In this document: piece by piece, positions 18,718 to 26,105 of the stretch
Layout: every line of letters begins with the position of its first letter
How positions within the stretch are numbered: the stretch's first letter is position 1
Assembly: GCA_900542365.1 (NCBI GenBank)
Contig: UQNH01000001.1
Coordinates: forward strand, 33,130 to 97,129
DNA length: 64,000 bases
Direction of reading: 5' to 3'
Origin: an uncultured Collinsella sp.
Lineage (GTDB): Bacteria > Actinomycetota > Coriobacteriia > Coriobacteriales > Coriobacteriaceae
The notes under the pieces: model-generated
What the model was told of the DNA's origin: nothing
What the model saw: only the letters and a program-made list of their open reading frames with translations
Databases searched by the model: none
Made by a program: the position numbers and the translations under genes

Positions 18718-19087
18718 GACGATTCGTCTAGCTCTGTCTTTGGTGCTGATGGCTTCATTGGTGGGCTGTTCAACAAAGGAAGAGATATCGCGCGGAGGTT
18801 CCGGAGAAGTGACTGCGACAGACTCAGGTTCATTAGAAATAGCTGGCGGGCATGCCGATGTGATGTTACAAGGAAAAGGCGTGCTTAGGTCGATTGATGC
18901 TGAAGACGCTGTCTGCTCAATAGAGGATTTGAAGACAGGTGAAACTGCATCGTACCGAGTTTCAGATAATGCTGCGAATATGATTGAGTCGATACCGACT
19001 GGAGCGCAGGTTTCTTTTAGATACTTTGCTCCGCAACTTGAGGATGAGCTTGCTTCTCTGGTGTCTATATGCGCCGATGACAACTAA
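18695..19087 (+). CDS. Lipoprotein, unknown function
   Basis: Signal plus lipobox in MERLFRSRTIRLALSLVLMASLVGC. Overlaps the 3' end of the upstream gene. ATG-18683 is an alternative start. Confidence 0.55.
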   Translation: MERLFRSRTIRLALSLVLMASLVGCSTKEEISRGGSGEVTATDSGSLEIAGGHADVMLQGKGVLRSIDAEDAVCSIEDLKTGETASYRVSDNAANMIESIPTGAQVSFRYFAPQLEDELASLVSICADDN

Positions 19088-19102
19088 AAGGCCTGAATTC
19101 AA

Positions 19103-19144
19103 ACGGCCTCAGATGGTCAATTGGCTATCCGAGGCCGTTTTTTA
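19103..19144. terminator. Hairpin plus T-tract between convergent genes
   Basis: ACGGCCTC ... GAGGCCGT with a 20-nt loop, followed by TTTTTT. Confidence 0.5.
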
Positions 19145-20449
19145 CTCGACCGGGGCTTCGACCTTGTCGATGGCCCAGGTGGCTCCGAGGCCGCCGGTGG
19201 TGTTGCGGCGAATGCGTACGGTGACTTCGTGGCGTTTGCCGGCCTGTGTGTAGCGCAGGGGGAAGCTCGCGCGGTTACGGCCGGCCTCGATGGTACCGCG
19301 CTCGCGAGCGATCCAGTAGTACTCGCCGACGATGCCGAGGGTGTCGGCGCCGTAGGGGAGATAAGTCGACAGCTGGTGCAGCAGCGGGCTAGGGCAGAAG
19401 ACCTCGGTCGCGAAATCGATGGGGAAGTCCCCGGGGATGGTTGGTGCTGCGGAAGCGGGGGCCGGTGCTGAATTGGGGACCGGAGTCGGTGCAGGTGTGG
19501 GAGCCTGGTCACAGGCGGGTGCGGATGCGGACTCAATGACAGGTGCAGACTCAGATGCCGCTTCTGGCTTAGCTATGGAATCTGTCGGTTCCACGGAGAT
19601 GGACGTGTCTTCGGTCCCGGTTTTGGCATCGGCCTGCGGAGTGTCCTCTGCCTCGACGTTCGGCTTGGCCTCGACCGGCGTGGATACCATGGTGGTGATG
19701 CCGGCGTTGGCGTTCTCGGGGTCGTAGACAACCGTGAGCGAGATGGCAGGCTGGGGCGCCTCGGGCTCCGGTGTTGCCTCGGCAGCATCTTGATCCGCGA
19801 GCTCGTCGGACTGATTGTCCTCGGTGTTGTCGCCAAAGACATCGTGGTTCTGGAACACGGGCGCCTCGGGCTGGCCAGCCGCCTCTTCGGTTGTCGACTT
19901 GGATGCCTCGTTGAGCTCCGCAGTGGCTTCCTGCTCGGATATGACTTCGGGATCGGTCGTGGCGGCGATTTCGGTTTCGGCCTCTGCTGTTACTCCAATA
20001 GCGACTTCGATCTCTGTCTCGGGTTCGGGTTCCGGCACGGCTCCAACCATGGCTTCGGGCTCGGGACGCTTAACGTGCTTGGGGCGCACGGCCTTCAGGT
20101 CCTTCTTGCCGTGCTTCTTCTTTTTGTAGGACTGCTTGGCGCCCTTGGTAGCCTTGCGCTTGTCCTCGTCCTTGGCAAGGGCGGCATCCCATGCCTCGTT
20201 GGCGATGACGGTGGCATACAGGCGGCCGCCCTTAAAGACGGTCAGTTTAATGCAGTCGTCGAGTTCCTCGAGCAACTCGCGCGTGGACTCGAAGCCCAAG
20301 TCATAAGCGGCCATGTCGCCGGCGGCGAGCGCCTCCTCGACCTGCGTCATAAACGTTTGCTTACCGCACCCAATCGCGTCGCGCAGCAGGCGATACAGAT
20401 AGATGTGGTTGCCCAGCGATAGCGTGGGCCTAACTATTGTCTTGCTCAT
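19142..20449 (-). CDS. Hypothetical protein: OST-HTH/LOTUS-like N-domain, long acidic/Pro-Thr-Ala-rich linker, conserved C-domain
   Basis: Start MSKTIVRP with RBS GAGGAG. The N-terminal segment DLGFESTRELLEELDDCIKLTVFKGGRLYATV resembles OST-HTH (inference). The middle is low complexity. Confidence 0.5.
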   Translation of the reverse strand: MSKTIVRPTLSLGNHIYLYRLLRDAIGCGKQTFMTQVEEALAAGDMAAYDLGFESTRELLEELDDCIKLTVFKGGRLYATVIANEAWDAALAKDEDKRKATKGAKQSYKKKKHGKKDLKAVRPKHVKRPEPEAMVGAVPEPEPETEIEVAIGVTAEAETEIAATTDPEVISEQEATAELNEASKSTTEEAAGQPEAPVFQNHDVFGDNTEDNQSDELADQDAAEATPEPEAPQPAISLTVVYDPENANAGITTMVSTPVEAKPNVEAEDTPQADAKTGTEDTSISVEPTDSIAKPEAASESAPVIESASAPACDQAPTPAPTPVPNSAPAPASAAPTIPGDFPIDFATEVFCPSPLLHQLSTYLPYGADTLGIVGEYYWIARERGTIEAGRNRASFPLRYTQAGKRHEVTVRIRRNTTGGLGATWAIDKVEAPVE

Positions 20450-20521
20450 GGCAAATCTCCTCTTTACACACGTAAAGCATCTTACCATCGCATAGCGTTC
20501 GCCATGGCGGCACCCAAGGCA

Positions 20522-20555
20522 AACGGGCGCGAACCGCTATCGATTCGCGCCCGTT
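20522..20555 (-). terminator. Perfect 12-bp hairpin between two minus-strand genes (possible U-tract-poor terminator)
   Basis: AACGGGCGCGAA / TTCGCGCCCGTT with a 10-nt loop. Confidence 0.5.
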
Positions 20556-20585
20556 GTACAGGTTGCCTATCTGGGGATGCAGTGC

Positions 20586-21527
20586 TTAGTTGCCCGATGC
20601 CGTGCCTTGGCTCGAGCTGTTAGATGTCGTGCCCAATGTGGTGTCACTCGAATTGCTGTTGCTGCTGCCTGCTGTGCCCGTTCCCGACGTGGTGTCGCTC
20701 GTCTGGCCGCCCGTGCTCGGTTGAGAGCCGTCAGTCGTTTGGCTTGAGTCAGTCGTGCCGGATTGCGTGCCGCTGTTGGCCGTAGAGGAATCGGCGCCCT
20801 GCGATTGATCGGGGGTGTTCGATGACGAGTCGGTGGATGCGGAGTTACCCTGCGGGTCGTCCTGCTGGCTTTGCGATTGACCGGAGCTATCCGCGTCGTG
20901 CTCGGTCGTATGCGACGAAAGGATCGGCTCGGGGCGCTCGCCCAGGCCCTCACCGGCAGTGGTGATAAGGATGGCGCCGGCGCAGGCGATGACCGCGACG
21001 ATGGCGATGGCGATCGAGAAGACGATGACCTTCTTTTGCGTCTGGCTGCGCTCTGCCGCCGCCTTGGCGCGCAGGCTGTTGGGAGCGACGCGCGCCGTGG
21101 TCGCGCGTCCCGCAACCTGGCGCATCTCCTGCGTGGTTGCGGCGCCACCTAGGTGCTCCTCGACATTGGGCTCAACGGGCTCGTAGGCGCCGGTAGGGTA
21201 GTCGACAGCGGCATGCGTGCCCTTGATTGCTTCGGCGCTGGCGGAGATAAAGTGGCGATAGACCTGCGAGGACACAACAGTGATGACTGAGCTCACAGCG
21301 GCACCAATCACCGAGCCGGCAATGCCGATCTTTGAAGCAAGCGCCACGCTCGTGGCGGCAGCTGCGGCGCCGGCGATGATCTGGGGAATGGAAATGTCGT
21401 CGAACAGGCCCTTTTTGGGCGCGATGGCCATGGTCTGTCCGATGGAATGGTTCTCGTGCACGCCGTTGTTGAGTGATGCCGGCGTCATGACGCGCGTGCG
21501 CGGCGCGTCGGTGTACTTGGTTGTCAT
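20586..21527 (-). CDS. Membrane protein with a Ser/Thr/Gly/Gln-rich extracellular tail
   Basis: Start MTTKYTD with RBS GGGAGGA. Two hydrophobic segments, followed by low complexity such as SSTANSGTQSGTTDSSQTTDGSQPSTGG. Confidence 0.55.
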   Translation of the reverse strand: MTTKYTDAPRTRVMTPASLNNGVHENHSIGQTMAIAPKKGLFDDISIPQIIAGAAAAATSVALASKIGIAGSVIGAAVSSVITVVSSQVYRHFISASAEAIKGTHAAVDYPTGAYEPVEPNVEEHLGGAATTQEMRQVAGRATTARVAPNSLRAKAAAERSQTQKKVIVFSIAIAIVAVIACAGAILITTAGEGLGERPEPILSSHTTEHDADSSGQSQSQQDDPQGNSASTDSSSNTPDQSQGADSSTANSGTQSGTTDSSQTTDGSQPSTGGQTSDTTSGTGTAGSSNSNSSDTTLGTTSNSSSQGTASGN

Positions 21528-21701
21528 ACGGGGTCCTCCCGGTGTAAATCTGCTTCGTTTCGTGTAGCCATCAGGGTACCCACCAGATGTGAATCGTACG
21601 TGACATTTAACAGATACCATCAACTCATCAAGGGGGCCTGCTGTCTTTGGTGCGATAGCTTGATGCTAAACTGGATTTATGTTTGCGAGGTGGTTTACGT
21701 G

Positions 21702-21920
21702 ATGTACCCGTATATGACATTCGAAGATGGAACCGAGGTCATTCATTCTGACCTGATTACAGATGGCGATATCGAAAAGGTTATCGTGCATTTTGAACGA
21801 CCGACGGCAGAGGGTTTCGACTCCGCTCGTTGTGAGTTGCCTTCCTGTTCGTGGACTGACTGGGAAGGGCATTTTACTCAGAGTGAAAAACGAGCTTTCG
21901 AAGAGTGTCTGAGCAAATAA
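21702..21920 (+). CDS. Small hypothetical protein (72 aa)
   Basis: MYPYMTFEDGTEVIHSDL...; RBS GCGAGGTGG. First gene of the AT-rich islet. Confidence 0.45.
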   Translation: MYPYMTFEDGTEVIHSDLITDGDIEKVIVHFERPTAEGFDSARCELPSCSWTDWEGHFTQSEKRAFEECLSK

Positions 21921-22020
21921 TTTAGATTAGTTCGAGTTTAGTTCGAATAAAGAAGCTGAATGCGATGACCTAAAGCGTATGCATTTTTAGTATTAGATGC
22001 GTATGAAATGGAGGATGTGA

Positions 22021-22302
22021 ATGGATGAGCTAATAGACTTTAAAAAACGATTTCTCAAGAATGGCGAGCTGGTTTCAATTCCAAAAAAGGAAAGCTATAA
22101 AAGAATCATGCTGCTATGGGCCGTCTCTTTCTTTGAATTAAATACAAGTTATACGGAGCTTCAGGTTAATCGTGTGCTGTCACAGCTCTATCCTGATTAT
22201 GCCGTGTTGAGGCGGTGCTTGGTTGATTATGGATTCCTATTAAGGGATGAACGAGGCCTGAAATACGAGGTTAATCGTGATGTTCACGGTATTGAGAGCT
22301 AG
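22021..22302 (+). CDS. DUF2087 domain protein (regulator-associated domain)
   Basis: YTELQVNRVLSQLYPDYAVLRRCLVDYGFLLRDERG matches the DUF2087 pattern. RBS GGAGGA. Confidence 0.65.
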   Translation: MDELIDFKKRFLKNGELVSIPKKESYKRIMLLWAVSFFELNTSYTELQVNRVLSQLYPDYAVLRRCLVDYGFLLRDERGLKYEVNRDVHGIES

Positions 22303-23464
22303 CCGTCCGGTTCGGGTCCTATATATTGCTAGAGGGATAAGCGAAATAGGCAATTGGTGTGCGAATATTGCTTTGCCAATGCTAATTTACGAGGTAACTC
22401 ACGATGTTTCTGCAACTGCTTTGATGGTCTGCTGCAGATTTGCCCCCTCTCTGTTTTCAGTTGCGCTCGCGCAGCTGCCTCAGAAGATGGGTATCGGGAC
22501 ACTGCAGGCCATGAGATTGGCAGACTTAATTCGCGCGGGATTATTCGTTTGCTATATTTTTGTTGATAGTAAATGGAGTATGTTTGCTATTACGTGCGCG
22601 GTATCGCTTTGCCGAACGGTAGAAATGCCCTGCTTTTACTCGTTGTTAAGAGCCAATACGAATAGTATCAATCGCGACGTAATTAATAATTCGTTTGGGT
22701 TCCTGCAGAATTTGATGATGGTTCTGGGGCCAGTTGCCGGCGGTTTTGTTGTCGCTCAATTTGGGGCGGAGGCTGTTCTTGCATTAGACGCGCTTTCTTT
22801 TGCCGCGTCGTTCTGGTTGCTGCGAGATGTTCCGTCGGTTATCGAGGTTAATGATAAAGAGGGAATAAGCAAAAATGAAAAAAACAGGACTGCATTTAGT
22901 GATCTTAGCGCGAAGCACTTGGCAATTGGTTTCCTATTAATCGATATTTCTAGTGGCGTGGCATTCGGCTCTCTGAATTCTCTTTTGCCAGCTATAGCGC
23001 AATTGCAATTTGACTCGTCATCGATACAATACGGATTCCTTCAGAGTAGTCTTACAATCGGACTGTTGTTCGGAAATACAATATATGGTCGTTTAATCAG
23101 TGGTTCCGATTGCGTTAAATCATATTGTTTTGTGACGTATCTTGCGCTCGGTGCGTATCTGGCGTTTGGCTATCGCTATGCGTCTGGGATATCGTTTATT
23201 TTCCTTTTTATCGTCGGTGCCGGAAACGCCATTCAAGATGTGCTTCTCATAACATCGCTGCAGGATTTGGCGAGAGACGGATCTGAATCGATAAGCCTGT
23301 TTTCAATTAGGGAGTCTTTGCAATCGGTTGCTGTTGTTATTTCAACACTTCTTGTTTCGCTGTTCACGAGCATCGCGATGTTCTCAATTCTCGTTACAGG
23401 ACTTGGTGTATTTTCAATTATGATGGTAGTTGTGTTTCAATTGAATTATTTGCGAAAGATGTGA
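22280..23464 (+). CDS. MFS transporter
   Basis: About 394 aa with roughly 12 hydrophobic segments. Overlaps the DUF2087 gene 3' end. GTG-22277 is an alternative start. Confidence 0.75.
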   Translation: MFTVLRASRPVRVLYIARGISEIGNWCANIALPMLIYEVTHDVSATALMVCCRFAPSLFSVALAQLPQKMGIGTLQAMRLADLIRAGLFVCYIFVDSKWSMFAITCAVSLCRTVEMPCFYSLLRANTNSINRDVINNSFGFLQNLMMVLGPVAGGFVVAQFGAEAVLALDALSFAASFWLLRDVPSVIEVNDKEGISKNEKNRTAFSDLSAKHLAIGFLLIDISSGVAFGSLNSLLPAIAQLQFDSSSIQYGFLQSSLTIGLLFGNTIYGRLISGSDCVKSYCFVTYLALGAYLAFGYRYASGISFIFLFIVGAGNAIQDVLLITSLQDLARDGSESISLFSIRESLQSVAVVISTLLVSLFTSIAMFSILVTGLGVFSIMMVVVFQLNYLRKM

Positions 23465-23471
23465 CGTTGAT

Positions 23472-25793
23472 ATGCCTAAAACGCTTTTAGTATTTCCCCC
23501 AGGATGGAGTCCAGTGGGGCCGTATCTTGCCTTGCCTGTTTTGAAGTCATATCTTCAAGAGGTTGAACAATACAAAGTTGACATTGTTGACTTAAACGTG
23601 GAATTTTACGATGACCTCCTATCTTTTAGACATGTCGAAGAGTGCTGTAAAAGGTATCGGGAATCAAAGGATTCGTTTAGTTCGAATGTCCAATTAACAA
23701 TCGAGTTGATACAAAAGTCGGCACTTAATGTTGACGAGGCAAAAGATATTTTCAGATCGAAGAGATACTTTAATCTAAAAGAAAGACAATATGCTGAAAA
23801 CATTTTTAGAAATGCACTCTATATCATAAATCACGTCTCATATGGAGTTAAATACACGTTCAACTCCATAGATCTGCCCTATGATTATTATTCGACACCA
23901 GAAATAATGAAATCGCTTGCGGATACCTTGCATAATCCGTTTATTTCCTTCTATGAAACTGCCTTTCTTAAGCGTATTCAGAGGGAAAAAATCGAGTTTA
24001 TTGGGATTTCGGTGAGCGGCTGTTTCCAATTGATTTCTGCAGTTACGTTAGCGAAACTGATTAAAGAAGAATGTCCATCTGTTAAACACGTCTCATTGGG
24101 CGGCAATTACATTACTCGTTTAGCAGATGACTGCATGAAAGAATGGCATCCCTTTTTTGAATACATTGATTCGATAATGATGTATGACGGCGAAGAGCCG
24201 CTTGCACGTCTTCTTGAGGCTCTTGACTCTGGTGATGACAATCTCGACTGTGTTCCAAACCTTTGCCATGCTAAAGGTGGAAAGATATATAAAAACCATC
24301 GGATTGAGCAAACATTTATCAACGATACAGTTCCCGATTTCGATGGCTTCGCCCTTTCTAAATACTTCATGCCTGAGCTAATATTGCCGGTTTATTCCTC
24401 TAGGCAGTGTTTTAATCATTGCGCCTTCTGCACCATTCCCGGTGCTACCGGTGGTTGTTACCGAAAGATGCCTATATCGAGAGTATTTGAAATAATGTGT
24501 CGGTTAAATGAAAAATACGGCACGAGAGTTTTCTCTTTTGTGGATGAAACATTCGAAGGCAAAAGAATGGAGCAACTCGCGGATGAAATAAACGCATCGG
24601 GAAAAACGTTTTTCTGGCATGGAGAAACGAGGTTCTCTCCAACCCTAAGTACAGACGTTTTTAACAAGATATACCAAAGTGGATGTAGGCAGATTCAGTT
24701 TGGCCTCGAGTCATACAACCAAAGAGTTCTTGATCTAATGAAGAAGAACACGAGAGTTGATTGGATTGATCGCAATATCCATGATTGTCTCAATGCGGGT
24801 ATTCCTGTTCATCTATTTTTTATGATTGGCTTTCCGACCGAAACTAAAGAAGAGGCTCTGAACACCTTAGCTTATACAGAGAATGTTTTGAATTATTCAA
24901 AACAGGTATGTGGTGTTCCATATTCCACGAGAGGATTTACGAATTTTGGTCTCGTTATGGGGTCGGATGTTTGGAATCATCCCGATAAGTATGGTGTCTC
25001 TGTAATGCCGCAGTCCCAATATGAGGATTTGCGCCTCGAAGTAGATTATGTTTCAGGCACTGGTTTAACTTTAAATGAAGCAAAATCCTTATCTGATGAG
25101 CATCATATTGATTTTTATATGCAAGAGGTCATAAACGGTAGCGACACAATTGACTTGCCCCAGCGGCTTCATATTTCAGAGGTGACCTGGATCCTAGATT
25201 CTATTCACGCTGTCAGGTATAAGGGACATTTGACCAAAGTAAAGCGACGGCTAACTAGTCTAAATCCAGCTGATCGAATCTGGCTGGATTCCAAGACCTC
25301 TGTCGTGCTCGTTGAGCCATTTGCCTACTTCTATAATTCTGAATACCATCATGTCTATGCTGTTTCCCAGTTGGTATACCATAAGTTGGCCCGTTTATTG
25401 GAGGCCGATTGTAGCATTTCTCTTATTCTTGATCAGGGCGACCTCGAGCTGACAAGGGCGATAGAAGAACTGTTGCATTATGGATTGCTGAATACAAATA
25501 TCGATGCCGATTATGTAATGCACGATAATGGTTTTCAATTGGTTAAAAGTTCGTTTGTTAAAGAAGTCGGACGCTCAAAAGAGGGGTTAAGAGTACTGCT
25601 GAGTTGTGCCACCCATAGAATGTGTGCGGTTAATGATTTTTCGTTCGCTTTGCTTTCGTTGTTTGAAAAGCCGATTACTAAGAACGAGGTGCGCGACATT
25701 TTGAAAAAAGAGGGACTATCGACAAGCGAGGAGCAATTAAACAAGTTGGTTGATAATTGCATGAAAGCAGATATACTACAACTGATTAGATAG
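23472..25793 (+). CDS. B12-binding-domain radical SAM enzyme (RiPP-maturase-type C-methyltransferase-like) with a C-terminal PqqD/RRE-like region
   Basis: CFNHCAFC = CX3CX2C at 24408-24431. The N-terminus TLLVFPPGWSPVGPYLALPVLKSYLQ...DLNVEFYD resembles class-B rSAM bacteriocin-maturation proteins. The C-terminal ~175 aa contain two PqqD-like segments. Confidence 0.8.
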   Translation: MPKTLLVFPPGWSPVGPYLALPVLKSYLQEVEQYKVDIVDLNVEFYDDLLSFRHVEECCKRYRESKDSFSSNVQLTIELIQKSALNVDEAKDIFRSKRYFNLKERQYAENIFRNALYIINHVSYGVKYTFNSIDLPYDYYSTPEIMKSLADTLHNPFISFYETAFLKRIQREKIEFIGISVSGCFQLISAVTLAKLIKEECPSVKHVSLGGNYITRLADDCMKEWHPFFEYIDSIMMYDGEEPLARLLEALDSGDDNLDCVPNLCHAKGGKIYKNHRIEQTFINDTVPDFDGFALSKYFMPELILPVYSSRQCFNHCAFCTIPGATGGCYRKMPISRVFEIMCRLNEKYGTRVFSFVDETFEGKRMEQLADEINASGKTFFWHGETRFSPTLSTDVFNKIYQSGCRQIQFGLESYNQRVLDLMKKNTRVDWIDRNIHDCLNAGIPVHLFFMIGFPTETKEEALNTLAYTENVLNYSKQVCGVPYSTRGFTNFGLVMGSDVWNHPDKYGVSVMPQSQYEDLRLEVDYVSGTGLTLNEAKSLSDEHHIDFYMQEVINGSDTIDLPQRLHISEVTWILDSIHAVRYKGHLTKVKRRLTSLNPADRIWLDSKTSVVLVEPFAYFYNSEYHHVYAVSQLVYHKLARLLEADCSISLILDQGDLELTRAIEELLHYGLLNTNIDADYVMHDNGFQLVKSSFVKEVGRSKEGLRVLLSCATHRMCAVNDFSFALLSLFEKPITKNEVRDILKKEGLSTSEEQLNKLVDNCMKADILQLIR

Positions 25794-25806
25794 AGGAGGT
25801 TTCTGC

Positions 25807-25917
25807 ATGGACGTTATTAACAAAGATCTCTTGGAGCAACTGAAAGAGTCTCAGGAAGAGGGCGTCGTGGTAGAAGTGTTCGACTTTGAGGACTACATGG
25901 ATAAATTCTGCCATTAG
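25807..25917 (+). CDS. Candidate RiPP precursor peptide (36 aa), absent from the ORF track
   Basis: ATG lies 7 nt after GAGGAGG. Translation MDVINKDLLEQLKESQEEGVVVEVFDFEDYMDKFCH. Starts 14 nt after the rSAM stop codon and is followed by an intrinsic terminator. Confidence 0.65.
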   Translation: MDVINKDLLEQLKESQEEGVVVEVFDFEDYMDKFCH

Positions 25918-25943
25918 TTTCGGAATTTTCTTGCCTCGCTTAA

Positions 25944-25976
25944 AGGAGAAGTCGATTATCGATTTCTCCTTTTTTA
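25944..25976 (+). terminator. Rho-independent terminator closing the rSAM-peptide operon
   Basis: AGGAGAA (25944-25950) / TTCTCCT (25964-25970), followed by TTTTT. Confidence 0.75.
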
Positions 25977-26105
25977 GTTAAAGATATTTTTGGAATACAT
26001 GCTCTTAGCACAGGTTAGCGTCTCAGTAAACTGGGAGGTTGCTTTGGCTAGTTAGAGATATGTGAACGTCCGTTAGACTGAATCTCAGGGTAGAAGGGGC
26101 CTCCA

